From: Patescibacteria group bacterium
GTDB taxonomy: Bacteria > Patescibacteriota > Kazan-3B-28 > UBA10110
DNA: 64,000 nucleotides
Assembly: GCA_041659905.1 (NCBI GenBank)
Contig: JBAZXK010000001.1
Span: 122,670-186,669 of the forward strand
Reading direction: 5' to 3'
Of this stretch, positions 35,201 to 44,211 are shown piece by piece (position 1 is the first letter of the stretch; each line of letters opens with the position of its first letter). The notes under the pieces were generated by a model. The model worked only from the letters and a program-made list of their open reading frames with translations. It was not told the origin of the DNA and searched no databases. Made by a program: the position numbers and the translations under genes.

Positions 35201-35613
35201 TGGGCGGTCAGGGTGCGATTTTGAAAATTATGAATATATTGTTGACGATTGATTTGTTCTGATTTTAGATCCGGATAACCATAAACGGGACGATCGGTTA
35301 ATTGTTGGAGCCCTCGTTCGATGGCGATCTGATCGCTCTCATTTTTGACAATGTAGATAACTTTTTTTGGACAATCGGTCAGAGTGCGCGACAACAAAAA
35401 CAACTTCCCTAAATTAGTCAGGCCAGTGATATAAACTTTGTCTTTGCGCGAACGGCTAATTAAGGATTTGTACGCTTCTAGACTACTGAATTTTTGGGCG
35501 AGAGCAGAGAGAATCGGATCCACTTCCTTATTGACCTTTATGTTATTATATGGTATAATTAAGAGATAGTTCTTTGAATTTTTTGCTGTGGTATAATTAT
35601 CTGTTTGTTCCAA
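32296..35613 (-). CDS. mfd: Transcription-repair coupling factor Mfd (true start is possibly the GTG near 35521)
   Basis: UvrB-homology N-terminus, CarD-like domain, and DEAD-box helicase motifs (GFGKTEVA, DEEQRFG). Alignment logic suggests about 30 N-terminal residues of the listed ORF are non-coding. Confidence 0.9.
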   Translation of the reverse strand: MEQTDNYTTAKNSKNYLLIIPYNNIKVNKEVDPILSALAQKFSSLEAYKSLISRSRKDKVYITGLTNLGKLFLLSRTLTDCPKKVIYIVKNESDQIAIERGLQQLTDRPVYGYPDLKSEQINRQQYIHNFQNRTLTAHALKNGEPGLFIFSVQALIEPLTNPAQILTLEINQNKNPEEILAALIAAGYDRQQKVFQAGEIAMRGGILDIYPVNFASPVRLEFSGDTITSIVDFDPVNNKTGSARTEITVSSLKNEKMSNYLLDVIEAHSTDYILVFDQADELFQLLYELYQSNDSQRDNGILTTISKQLEGLAAWHLVNIAADEKNSVRFDLTEAPLFANDLNRLIHEVTKYTDEGWQIILTTNKEAQILPALTDNDIKFDREISDQSVIITPALHVDGFMSPSLKTILLTDKEIFSPIVEKSATTKPTPKKRQLAFLAQIEKGDYVVHVDYGIGKLIDISTMTVNGVAREYLIIKYAGADKIYAPMDQIDKISKYISPAGEKPTLSKLNSQSWKRLVSQIRKESQEFAKELLDLYAKRALKEGISFDSPEFWEKALSDSFSYQETPDQEQVIQEILGDMEQSKPMDRLLVADVGFGKTEVAIRAAFKAVTSGFQVAFLAPTTILVEQHLKTFTERLAPFGVNIAALSRFRSQTEQKRVLVGLKTREIDIVIGTHRLLSKDVKFANLGLIIVDEEQRFGVRHKEKLKMMRAEVDVLSMTATPIPRTLNLALSGIRDISTIDTPPVNRLPIQTTVAPFDMDAVKDAVLQEIKRGGQIYFVHNRVATIASMTNKLEEVLPEVRFVYAHGQMPERLLAKIMEDFSAGKYDVLVASTIIENGLDNPNVNTLIVDNSSHFGLSQLHQLRGRIGRGKVQAHAYFYYHPGKLAGKALERLRTIAGHTELGSGYQIALRDLQIRGAGGVLSKKQHGHISAIGLTMYTKLLNRAIEELKTGYKPRVDTITVDLPISAYLPATYIDNEAQRIKTYQQLALVETINELKDAAAELEVKFGKLPKEVLNLFELIDLKITALETQKVVSMLSRNEAGIRRTPEQIISVILNTVVKDSNILNAISNLNGKITEKTIKIPLSALGEHWLSSLKKVIQLLK

Positions 35614-35876
35614 ATGAGCAGCAGATATAGAAGTTGGCAGAATCTTGCTTGCGACTTTTTCTCACCCTACCCTCCTTGGGTGGATCGTCGCAGGCAGGAT
35701 TCTCCCGGCTTCTTTCGTGGCGCCCCAACCCAAATATTTTTTTTGGGGTTTGGCAAAAAGCTTTACAGCTCGGCACCATGGATACTTGGGGGGAAAGGAG
35801 TTAGGAGGGCGCTAGTCGTCCCTCTTAGCTTACAAAGTATTCCTTGCTTTGTAATCCTGGCCTCGTCCAGGATCTT

Positions 35877-36446
35877 TTAATAATTTAGAAAATTTTTATT
35901 AATAATTTCGATGGCTGCTGGGATGGCAACTTTTATTTGTTTTAATTGCTCAGCTGTGAATTTCCCTAGCACATGTGCGCTGGTCAAACTCCGCTCTAAA
36001 CTAGCTGCACGTGCAGCGCTAGTTCCAGCGGCTGCCCTAGCTCTTATCGGAAATCCAATACCGATCTTAAGGCGGGCAATTTGATCGGTTTTTAAATTAT
36101 CTATAACTGATTGCAGGCCGCGATGTCCCCCGCTGCTTCCCTCGGCTCTATAGCGCAACTTGCCGGCTTCCATATCCAGGTCATCCATAATTACTAATAT
36201 GTTCTCTGGAGGAATGCCGTGCTTTCGAGAAACAGCTTGCACAACTGTGCCGGAGTTATTCATAAAAGTTTGGGGTTTAAGTAATTCCCAATCAGCGGAT
36301 TTAGTAAAAAGAGCATTATATTTTTTGCTGGTTTTGAATTCTAGTCCCAGTTCTTTCGCCAATGCATCCGCTACCATAAATCCAATATTATGGCGAGTTT
36401 TGGCGTATTGGTTCCCTGGATTACCTAATCCGACTATCAGTTTCAC
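35877..36446 (-). CDS. pth: Peptidyl-tRNA hydrolase
   Basis: LIVGLGNPGNQYAKTRHNIGF N-terminus. Confidence 0.9.
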   Translation of the reverse strand: MKLIVGLGNPGNQYAKTRHNIGFMVADALAKELGLEFKTSKKYNALFTKSADWELLKPQTFMNNSGTVVQAVSRKHGIPPENILVIMDDLDMEAGKLRYRAEGSSGGHRGLQSVIDNLKTDQIARLKIGIGFPIRARAAAGTSAARAASLERSLTSAHVLGKFTAEQLKQIKVAIPAAIEIINKNFLNY

Positions 36447-36655
36447 TTTTCGTCTTGAGCTTCTTTGAGTTTTTTATATTCTTCGCTGATTCTTAAACTA
36501 TCTTGAGCACTTTTTTCCCTTGCTTCGCGTTGACCGCTAGCATTAGTTTTGTCATACGTATCCTGATTTTCTCGTACACGATTGGTACGAGCCGTTGATT
36601 CTACTTTGCGTCCGTGGGGAACAGGAAAAAGACCCCTCTCTATGCGCATTTCCAT
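36443..36655 (-). CDS. small basic hypothetical protein, translationally coupled to pth
   Basis: Stop overlaps the pth start. Confidence 0.35.
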   Translation of the reverse strand: MEMRIERGLFPVPHGRKVESTARTNRVRENQDTYDKTNASGQREAREKSAQDSLRISEEYKKLKEAQDEK

Positions 36656-36672
36656 TTGAAGAGAATAACCAA

Positions 36673-36921
36673 TTAGGCTTTATAAACTTCAGTGCCTTCC
36701 TTAGTGGGCTGGTCAGCTTTGATGCCTACTATATCACCTTTATTGGCTGAGTCAACCGGAGCCTTTTCAATCTGGATAGAATTGATAGTTTGGGTGGTTT
36801 CATCGCCACCTTTAACAAACTTAACGGCATCGCCCACTTTAAGCGTGTCCCGTAATTCAATTATCGCTACTCCGATCTTGTCGTAGTAGTGAGTGACGGT
36901 ACCAATCAATTGGTTAGCCAT
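36673..36921 (-). CDS. small beta-barrel protein resembling EF-Tu domain 2 (translation-factor-like)
   Basis: GGAGGAGG SD 5 nt before ATG at 36921. Translation: GTVTHYYDKIGVAIIEL...GDAVKFVKGGDETTQTINSIQIEKAPVDSANKGDIVGI. Confidence 0.45.
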   Translation of the reverse strand: MANQLIGTVTHYYDKIGVAIIELRDTLKVGDAVKFVKGGDETTQTINSIQIEKAPVDSANKGDIVGIKADQPTKEGTEVYKA

Positions 36922-36981
36922 TTTACCTCCTCCCATGGGTTAGGATATGACGAATATATTATAGCACAGGCTTGAGGTTGA

Positions 36982-38343
36982 TTATGCCATATCTGATGTG
37001 GAGGATTTGATGATTTCCCAGCGGATAGGAGCGCCGGTCATGGGATATTTAATGCGCAGCTTCTTTCCAAGATAGCGCAAATAAGAGAAATGTAATTCTT
37101 CGGGGTAGTTTACTTTTAATTTAATGGTAGGCGGATTTACAGCGATCTGACTAGAAAAGTAAATTTTTGGCGGTTTGCGCCGACCTTTTGGTGGGTTAGC
37201 CGCATAAGCGTCGCTGATAATATTATTCAAAGTTTTACTGGGAATTCTAGTATTTAAAGATTCCCAGACTTGCATAATGGCGCCGATAACTTTATCGGTC
37301 CGTTGGCCAGTGAGGGCGGAAATATATACACGCGGCATCCAGGTAAGAAAATTAAATTTATCGTCCAGATAAACATCAAATTCGGCAGTTACTCGGGGGT
37401 TCTTTTCGATCGCATCCCATTTGTTAACTACCAGAATGACGCCTTTCTTTTCTTCTTCAATAATCTGAGCGACATGAAGATCTTGCGCTAGTACTCCTTC
37501 GGCAGCATCGATAACTAACAAAACTAGATCAGCAGCTTGAACCGCTTTAATCACCAATAAAGAGCTGAATTTTTCGATGCCCCGATCAATTTTACCGCGC
37601 CGCCGCAGTCCGGCGGTATCGGTCAGTTCTAGGTCGATTTTTCCCGTGTCCACCACTGTTCTTACAATATCTCGGGTAGTGCCGGGCAGGTCGCTGACAA
37701 GAGCTAACCGTTTCTTGGCTAACTGATTGATTAAAGTAGATTTGCCTGTATTCGGCCGTCCCACGATCGCCACCTTCACTGTCGGCGTAGCCATAGTATT
37801 CCGAGCGGATGGCGATATTTTTGGTTTAGGCAACTTGGTTAATTGGGCAACCACCAAATCCAGAGTGTCTCCGACGCCTTTGCCAGAAATGGCTGAGATC
37901 AGAATAGGTTCACCCAACCCGAGTTTGTAAAATTCATGCAGGGCATTGTCATATTTATTCCCTTCAGCTTTATTGACGACTAGCACTACGGGTTTGCTCA
38001 ATTTACGAATCAATTCAGCGGCTTTCAAATCTTCAGTTTGTTGGCCAGTCTGAGCGTCAACCATAAAAATAATTAAATCAGCCCCTTCTAGGGCAACTTT
38101 AGTTTGCAGAAAAATATCTTTTTCTAATTCCGATTTGGCGTCCAGCTCAACACCGGCGGTATCGGCAATAATAAAAGTCATTCCATTCCAAGTAGTGTTT
38201 TCGTAGAGAACATCGCGCGTGGTGCCGGGGATGTCGCTTAAAATCGCCCGATTTTGTCCGATAATTTTATTAAACAAAGTGGACTTGCCCACATTCGGCC
38301 GTCCCACGATCGCCACCACATAATTTGATGTAATATTATTCAC
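36982..38343 (-). CDS. der: Ribosome-associated GTPase Der/EngA (tandem GTPase domains + KH-like)
   Basis: GRPNVGKSTLFN and GRPNTGKSTLIN G1 motifs, DTAG x2, NKxD. Confidence 0.92.
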   Translation of the reverse strand: MNNITSNYVVAIVGRPNVGKSTLFNKIIGQNRAILSDIPGTTRDVLYENTTWNGMTFIIADTAGVELDAKSELEKDIFLQTKVALEGADLIIFMVDAQTGQQTEDLKAAELIRKLSKPVVLVVNKAEGNKYDNALHEFYKLGLGEPILISAISGKGVGDTLDLVVAQLTKLPKPKISPSARNTMATPTVKVAIVGRPNTGKSTLINQLAKKRLALVSDLPGTTRDIVRTVVDTGKIDLELTDTAGLRRRGKIDRGIEKFSSLLVIKAVQAADLVLLVIDAAEGVLAQDLHVAQIIEEEKKGVILVVNKWDAIEKNPRVTAEFDVYLDDKFNFLTWMPRVYISALTGQRTDKVIGAIMQVWESLNTRIPSKTLNNIISDAYAANPPKGRRKPPKIYFSSQIAVNPPTIKLKVNYPEELHFSYLRYLGKKLRIKYPMTGAPIRWEIIKSSTSDMA

Positions 38344-38377
38344 TAGATTTATTTTAACTTATTTAACTGCGATGCCC

Positions 38378-38602
38378 TCACTTGCGTGAGGGCCGATTGT
38401 TGTCAGTTCTCTGTTCGAGCAGATTCATGCCTGTGACCAGACATATAATTGCTATGGTCCATGCCGCATAGTAACTAACCCACGGCCTTACTGAGCTAGC
38501 AGGATCCCAGATGAATTCTCCTACTATCATCACGCCAAGACCTAGAATAATGCCGCATACAATCAGGAAATATCCGATAACTGAAACTGAACGTTTTTTC
38601 AT
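38378..38602 (-). CDS. small membrane protein (2 TM)
   Basis: 74-aa ORF with two predicted TM helices (VSVIGYFLIVCGIILGLGVMIVGEFI; AAWTIAIICLVTGMNLL). Confidence 0.4.
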   Translation of the reverse strand: MKKRSVSVIGYFLIVCGIILGLGVMIVGEFIWDPASSVRPWVSYYAAWTIAIICLVTGMNLLEQRTDNNRPSRK

Positions 38603-38669
38603 AAGGTGCGCACTCCTGTGTCAGAATAATCCCAATCTATCAGAATACTAGCTCCTGTAAAGAGTTTTC

Positions 38670-38720
38670 CATCCCCCTAAATGCTAGACGCTATCCCCAG
38701 ATGCTACCCTACAGGGGTTC
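38670..38720. repeat. Family-B tail-type GC-rich element (copy B4)
   Basis: ccccctaaatgctagacgctatccccagatgctaccc, compare 44274-44320 ccccttaaatactagatgttaacccctagatgctgtg. Confidence 0.55.
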
Positions 38721-39629
38721 GATCCAGTTGTAGGCTTTTAAAGCCCAGTCTAGTAAATTCTTTCCTTCGGTAAATCTATCTGGACTATTTAGAAGTACAA
38801 CGATAACAGTCTGATTGCTCTCTCCCTTGGCAGCGACGACCAGCGATTCGCCAGCGTTATCGGTGGTGCCGGTTTTTACTCCGATGATATTCATATACTG
38901 TCCGACTAATTTATTGGTGTTAGTTAAATTATGTTGCAATTTTCCATAAATATCGGTAACGGTAGTTTTTTTAACCGCTACAATATCGCGAAAAGTTTCA
39001 TTACTGAGGGCGATACCGGTTAATCTAGCCAGATCCCGAGCGCAAGAATAATGATCTGGTTCATCAGCTCCCCAGGTGTTAGTAAAATGAGTACCGGTTA
39101 ATTTTAACGAAGCTGCCAGCGCGTTCATAGCGACAACAAACTGTTCTTCACTGCCGAAAGTTCCTTCCGCTAAAGCGTAGGCGGCGTCGTTAGCTGACTC
39201 GATTAAAGCGCCTCGCAAGAGATTATCTATGCTCATTTTTTCCCCGACTACTAAATACATCCGCGAGCCGCTGACCTCGTTAGCCGCTTCTGATACGGTG
39301 TAGACTTCATCCAAATTTGATTTACTGTTTAATACCACTAATGCAGTCATTATTTTAGTGATACTCGCAATCGCCATTTGTTTATCGGGATCTTTGGCGT
39401 AAAGAATCTTACCGGTATCTAGATCCATTAGGACAGCGGAAGTAGAATCGATCACCGGATCGGGGTAAAGGACATCCCGGACCGGTTCCGTATGTAAAAA
39501 TTGAGCCGCTAGAGTATGTAAAGAATACGCTTGCGGATCCGTCAGAATCCCCCAAAGATTGTCTTTCATCACGGCAGTGGAGCCAGTGAGGTAATTCAAG
39601 ATAACTAATAATATGGCAACTGTTTTCAT
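38709..39629 (-). CDS. dacA: D-alanyl-D-alanine carboxypeptidase (PBP5/DacA-type serine peptidase), secreted
   Basis: SITKIMTA (SxxK) after a signal peptide MKTVAILLV. The track start at 39701 is extended into repeat B1. The ATG at 39629 is preceded by AAGGGGAGGA supplied by that repeat. Confidence 0.8.
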   Translation of the reverse strand: MKTVAILLVILNYLTGSTAVMKDNLWGILTDPQAYSLHTLAAQFLHTEPVRDVLYPDPVIDSTSAVLMDLDTGKILYAKDPDKQMAIASITKIMTALVVLNSKSNLDEVYTVSEAANEVSGSRMYLVVGEKMSIDNLLRGALIESANDAAYALAEGTFGSEEQFVVAMNALAASLKLTGTHFTNTWGADEPDHYSCARDLARLTGIALSNETFRDIVAVKKTTVTDIYGKLQHNLTNTNKLVGQYMNIIGVKTGTTDNAGESLVVAAKGESNQTVIVVLLNSPDRFTEGKNLLDWALKAYNWIEPL

Positions 39630-39637
39630 ATTTATGG

Positions 39638-39725
39638 TTCCTCCCCTTACGGAGGGGAGGTTAGGTGGGGAGTGTTTATCTAAACTCCCACCTCCCCTCA
39701 CCCCTCCTCGGGCAGGAGGGGAAGA
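39638..39725. repeat. Family-B GC-rich triple-hairpin element (copy B1) in the dacA-aspS spacer, donating the dacA SD
   Basis: cctccccttacggaggggagg, ggtggggagtgtttatctaaactcccacc, and cccctcctcgggcaggagggg. Shares GGAGGTTAGG(A/T)GGGGAG with B2 and B3. Confidence 0.8.
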
Positions 39726-39734
39726 TCATAGCGG

Positions 39735-41111
39735 TTACTTAATAACTTTTAAGCCTAATTCTTTTAATGTAGCAGCGTCAACTTCGCGCGGGGCGTCCAT
39801 CATCGGATCGCGGGCTTTGTCAGTTTTGGGGAAAGCGATCACTTCTCTAATATTCGGTTCGTTAGCTAAAATCATCACCAAGCGATCAATGCCGGGGGCG
39901 ATCCCTCCATGAGGCGGAGCGCCGTATTTAAAAGCCTCCAACATATGGCCGAATTTAGATTGAATTTCTTCCTCGGATAATCCTAAAATCGAAAATACTT
40001 TGGTAAGAGTTTTGGGATCGTGGATTCTAATACTGCCAGAGGCAATTTCGAATCCGTTTAAGACAAAATCATAAGAACAACTGATCACTTTTTCCGGCTC
40101 GCTGTCCAAAAGGTCTTCCTGTCCTTCTTTAAAAGCAGTGAAAGGATGGTGGGAAGAATCTAACTTGCCGGTTTTAGTGTTTTTCTCAAAGAGAGGAAAA
40201 TCTATAATCCAGGCAAACGCTAATTCATCGGGATCGTTTTTGTCTTTGCGTAAATCCGGCTTATCGGTTTTGTATTTTTTCATCGCCTCAGCGTAAGTTA
40301 ATCTAGGCCAGGGCGTTTTAGTAATTTCTTTTTCCGGAACCACTTTTTCGATCAGGCCGGTAAATAATTCTTCGGTTAACTTTAAGATGTCCTCTTCTTC
40401 GACAAACGACATCTCTAAATCTAATTGGGTGAACTCAGGCTGGCGGTCGCCGCGGTTGTCTTCGTCCCGCATGCACTTGGCAATTTGGTAATATTTATCC
40501 AGCCCGGCTACCATCAAAAGCTGCTTGTATTGCTGGGGGCTTTGTGGGAGAGCGTAGAACTTGCCAGGATAGATTCTAGAGGGCACCAGATAGTCCCTAG
40601 CCCCTTCTGGTGTGGCCGAAGTGATGATGGGAGTTTCTATTTCGGTAAATCCACGTTCATTAAGAAAAGTGCGCATATAAGTAATAACCTGATGGCGCAA
40701 AAGAAGGTTATTTTTCATCCGTTCGTGACGCAAATCCAAATAACGGTATTTCAGGCGGAGCTCTTCGTCAGTCACTTTTTCTTGATCGATTTCGAAGGGC
40801 GGCATTTCCGCCGCGTTGATGATTTGTAAGTCGTCTGCCTGTACTTCAATTTCGCCGGTTTCTAGTTTGGGATTACGATATTTTTCTCCCCGTTTGACCA
40901 CTTTGCCGGTAATAGCTATCACAAATTCTGGTTTGATGTCTTTAACTAAGTTGGCTTTATTCTCATCAAAAACTACCTGGATGAGGCCAGTCACATCCCG
41001 GAGGTCCATAAACACAATTTGGCCCATGTTGCGGATGCTATGGACCCAACCTTTGAGTGTGATAACTTCCCCAGTGTGTTTTAATGCTTCCTTGGCTAAA
41101 ACTCGTTCCAT
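39735..41111 (-). CDS. aspS: Class II aminoacyl-tRNA ligase of the short archaeal/eukaryal AspRS/AsnRS type; likely non-discriminating aspartate--tRNA ligase, given the GatCAB operon
   Basis: 458 aa, N-terminal OB fold, class II motifs (FRNPKLETGEIE; GGIAPGIDRLVMIL motif 3). Lacks the bacterial GAD insertion. Confidence 0.75.
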   Translation of the reverse strand: MERVLAKEALKHTGEVITLKGWVHSIRNMGQIVFMDLRDVTGLIQVVFDENKANLVKDIKPEFVIAITGKVVKRGEKYRNPKLETGEIEVQADDLQIINAAEMPPFEIDQEKVTDEELRLKYRYLDLRHERMKNNLLLRHQVITYMRTFLNERGFTEIETPIITSATPEGARDYLVPSRIYPGKFYALPQSPQQYKQLLMVAGLDKYYQIAKCMRDEDNRGDRQPEFTQLDLEMSFVEEEDILKLTEELFTGLIEKVVPEKEITKTPWPRLTYAEAMKKYKTDKPDLRKDKNDPDELAFAWIIDFPLFEKNTKTGKLDSSHHPFTAFKEGQEDLLDSEPEKVISCSYDFVLNGFEIASGSIRIHDPKTLTKVFSILGLSEEEIQSKFGHMLEAFKYGAPPHGGIAPGIDRLVMILANEPNIREVIAFPKTDKARDPMMDAPREVDAATLKELGLKVIK

Positions 41112-41216
41112 ACCGATTATTTTTACTTTTTAATCATAACATATACAAAGCTACCCATATCTGTTAGGATAATTTATCACGATGCTATTCTTCACCAAGA
41201 AGGAGGTGAATGTACT

Positions 41217-41603
41217 TTGGTAAAAACATATCCTATTCCAGGCTTTATGATCGGAATAGTGAATGCTCCCCTGGGCGAGATAAATAATCTCTATCCAGCC
41301 TTGCGGCAAAGGATCAGATTAACTGAAAATTTCTGTGACCCAGATTTGCCAGACGAAGTCCAAACAGCTCTGCGAGGAATGGAAGTAAGCGGTGTCTTCT
41401 TTGGCGAATCTCTCATGGAAGAGGTTGCGGAAGTAGCTGAATTTCCGGGAGTAGTAGCCACAGTATATGCCACAGAGGTCCAAGAGAATCTGGCAACAGT
41501 CGGTAAAACTCGGGAAGCCACCATGCTTGGCGAGAAAATCCAAACCCCGGTAGACATGCTTCTGCTCACATCGGAAATGTTCGAGCTCATTTATCCGTCG
41601 TGA
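41217..41603 (+). CDS. hypothetical protein (TTG start)
   Basis: AGGAGG SD 10 nt upstream. Confidence 0.4.
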   Translation: MVKTYPIPGFMIGIVNAPLGEINNLYPALRQRIRLTENFCDPDLPDEVQTALRGMEVSGVFFGESLMEEVAEVAEFPGVVATVYATEVQENLATVGKTREATMLGEKIQTPVDMLLLTSEMFELIYPS

Positions 41604-41679
41604 AAAACCGTATCCCTTGTTCTTACCTTGCATTAACAGAAAACGCCCCATCCCGGGGCGTTGCCTTAAGTTTTATAAG

Positions 41680-41967
41680 TTACTTGCCGATGAACATGCG
41701 GGAGAGTGAATTAAAGATGTTTTGTAGCACCGGAAGAATGCCAGGAAACACTACTACCAACAGAATCAGCCATAACCAGTTGCGTTTGATGAGATTCCAC
41801 ATAAATCCAGCGACAGCAAAAAAGATGATCGCCGAAACAACCCACTGATACTGCACCGGGAATACCGAAATAAATTGATTATAGATGGTAAAAATCCGCT
41901 CAAAGATCCCGGCAGTAGCTTCTTCGGTAACTTTATTGGCTATAACATTGACAATTTCGTTTTCCAT
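41680..41967 (-). CDS. small membrane hypothetical protein
   Basis: 95-aa ORF with a long hydrophobic C-terminal region (VVSAIIFFAVAGFMWNLI...WLWLILLVVVFPGILPVL). Confidence 0.4.
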   Translation of the reverse strand: MENEIVNVIANKVTEEATAGIFERIFTIYNQFISVFPVQYQWVVSAIIFFAVAGFMWNLIKRNWLWLILLVVVFPGILPVLQNIFNSLSRMFIGK

Positions 41968-42082
41968 ATTAAAAAGTTAGCACTAACACTTTCATTTAAC
42001 CAGAAAACTTAAATAATTAAAACATACCCGCCGGTTAGGGCGGGTAAAATTGATTTCAGCCAAGCAATGTTTTTGTTTACAT

Positions 42083-43138
42083 CTAACTTTTATGATTATT
42101 CATAGTGACTTCAACTTGGTCAACGTCAGCTTTTTTGAGCAGCTCTAGTGCTGCTTCAAGTTCACAATCATTGTTTGGAAGATGGGCAGTTAAATCTAGA
42201 TCAATCTGCCACCCATGTGTATAGGGACCCCAGATATAGCAGAAAGTTATATGACTTTCCAGAGACTGATTATTTCTAATTAAGGGGATATAACCAGTCA
42301 TAAGCTTTTTGAGGTATTTAAAACCGAAATCGTCTTTTGGTAGTCCTTCTGGATTATTTACACTAACCTCATAGCTTGAAGCTAGTTTCTTGAGAAGTCT
42401 AAACAATTTGTCCTGACAAACCATCGAGTTAAAGGCACCAGTACTTCTCTCGGTCGCTCTTAGATGGACAACACCGAAATACTCCTTAAGAACTATGACC
42501 GCTTTTAAGGGCAAAGACACTTTTAGGCTATCTCTAATAACCGCCAAAGGCAGATTATTTTGGGCTGCCCAGTAATTCCAGGCTTCGGCAACCAAGAATA
42601 TATCCTTTGAACTGATAGAATAATAAACTTGGGTGTTTCCCCATTCGTTAGTGTCAAGCTGGATTGGCGAGGAAGTAGAATCAAACCCCTTTTGTTTGCA
42701 GATTTTTTCCAGATATTCAACAGTAGTTGGGATATTAACTCTACAGATTTTTTTGTAAGGACTGACCCAAATTGTCAGGTAACCCCTAAAATTAGCTTTT
42801 TCCACATCCCGTAAAAAATATTTTATTGGGAGAGGATATTTGCGCTTGCTCACATATTGGAATTCATGTTTCCGATTCCATGGTTTCCGGCGGCTCCAAG
42901 TTTTTCCGATATAAACAGTGGGTTTAAAGATTGCCCCACAGGGGGAGGAGGGTATTTCTATCCAATATGTTACTCTGCCGTTGTCTAATCGAGCGCTCAA
43001 GCCGAACCAACGGGCGTAGTGCCCATAATCATAGGTCATGCGGTAGCGGGTGGCGATCATTTGCCAATCACTAGAGTTGGCTTCAATTGTCAAAACCTGC
43101 TTCCGATAGGGACGTGGATGATAAGGTTTAGTAGGCAT
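42083..43138 (-). CDS. hypothetical protein (351 aa, Trp/Tyr-rich, no recognizable motifs)
   Basis: Long ORF with a coherent frame. Confidence 0.5.
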   Translation of the reverse strand: MPTKPYHPRPYRKQVLTIEANSSDWQMIATRYRMTYDYGHYARWFGLSARLDNGRVTYWIEIPSSPCGAIFKPTVYIGKTWSRRKPWNRKHEFQYVSKRKYPLPIKYFLRDVEKANFRGYLTIWVSPYKKICRVNIPTTVEYLEKICKQKGFDSTSSPIQLDTNEWGNTQVYYSISSKDIFLVAEAWNYWAAQNNLPLAVIRDSLKVSLPLKAVIVLKEYFGVVHLRATERSTGAFNSMVCQDKLFRLLKKLASSYEVSVNNPEGLPKDDFGFKYLKKLMTGYIPLIRNNQSLESHITFCYIWGPYTHGWQIDLDLTAHLPNNDCELEAALELLKKADVDQVEVTMNNHKS

Positions 43139-43215
43139 TTAGCCAACTCCTTTATGTTTTTGTAATATGTCAAAACAGCAATGACAGTTTAGGGTATCAA
43201 AAGCGAGCAGCTGGG

Positions 43216-44184
43216 TCAATTTTTGGATTCTTGGCCGAGTCCGTAAATTATCCAATATAGCAACATAATAGCTGCCAGAGTTTTAGCTAATTGATTGGAA
43301 CCGGGTAATTCTAGGGTAGAATATTTTAATTTAGTGGCGACGATCTTCTCTTCTAATTTAATCAGGCTATGTTGAATAAAATCAGGTTCGGTAGTGTCTT
43401 CAAAAAGCAGTACAAAATATTTTGTCGATGTTTTTGGCGGAAATCCCTGCACGTCATTTCCCATTGCCTCAGCTATAGTGCCTGTAAAGCAAGGCATAGT
43501 CGCAAAAATGTTCAACAAGGATTTAAAAAGATGAGCCAAGCCAATATATGTATTAGAACTGTAAATTAGCAAATGGGTATCCGCTACTAGATCGGCCACT
43601 TTATGACCCAATTTCGGCAGATACATATTTTCGATTTCAGTAACCGCTGCCAATATGTTTTGCCGAGCTTTGGACGATAATACTCCGGCGTTAATAAGAA
43701 TCTGGACAAGAACAGCTAACATTATGCCCCCGTTCATTTTTCCGTTGGTCGGAGCGCGTAATTCGGAGATAGTTTTATCAATGAGAACGAATGGCAAGTT
43801 GTGTTCGCGAGCAAACACCTCTAATTCGCCGCCAGTGGTGATGGCCACCACCTGAGCATGAGCCGCAGAGGCCATTTTGGTGGCCGATAAGACCTCTGGC
43901 CGTTTACCGCAGAGCGATATGGCTATCACCAAGGTTTTAGGGGTAATTCTAGCAGGTAAACCATAACCCGTGTGAATACGAATAGGAACGGTAGTATCAT
44001 TTTCGAACAGATTCTTGACAATTTCGGCTGTGGCAGCATTGTAGCTAAAAGCCGTGATAATAATCTGATCAATATTCTTATCTTTAGATAATTGAATAGA
44101 TTCAGCCATCCGAAATCCCCGCTCGAATTGCTGCGGGTATTTTTTAATTAGATCGTAGATATCCGATTGATTCCAGATTTTCAT
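43216..44184 (-). CDS. SIS-domain bifunctional phosphoglucose/phosphomannose isomerase (archaeal-type PGI/PMI)
   Basis: SIS fold features: LVIAISLCGKRPEV, VVAITTGGEL. Length is about 320 aa. Confidence 0.65.
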   Translation of the reverse strand: MKIWNQSDIYDLIKKYPQQFERGFRMAESIQLSKDKNIDQIIITAFSYNAATAEIVKNLFENDTTVPIRIHTGYGLPARITPKTLVIAISLCGKRPEVLSATKMASAAHAQVVAITTGGELEVFAREHNLPFVLIDKTISELRAPTNGKMNGGIMLAVLVQILINAGVLSSKARQNILAAVTEIENMYLPKLGHKVADLVADTHLLIYSSNTYIGLAHLFKSLLNIFATMPCFTGTIAEAMGNDVQGFPPKTSTKYFVLLFEDTTEPDFIQHSLIKLEEKIVATKLKYSTLELPGSNQLAKTLAAIMLLYWIIYGLGQESKN

Positions 44185-44211
44185 TTAGTTAAAGCGTTTG
44201 AAAGTGATAGA

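Noticed and set aside
35549-35597. Two plus-strand TGGTATAAT extended -10-like boxes
   Set aside because: They lie on the strand opposite to mfd/pth at the edge of mfd's probable coding start. They could be fortuitous AT-rich matches; without a downstream plus-strand gene they are not called as promoters.
35605-35880. 91-aa plus-strand ORF in the pth-mfd spacer
   Set aside because: No SD, composition driven by GC-rich repeats and poly-T; more likely noncoding structured RNA or DNA.
38344-38377. Hairpin gccctcac-ttgc-gtgagggc between der and the small membrane gene
   Set aside because: No U-tract on either strand, so not a classical terminator; possibly a processing or REP-like stem. Insufficient evidence for more.
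39630-39701. N-terminal 24 residues of the track ORF 38709-39701 (MRGGGSLDKHSPPNLPSVRGGTIN)
   Set aside because: Encoded by repeat B1. The real start is the signal-peptide Met at 39629, preceded by a repeat-borne SD.
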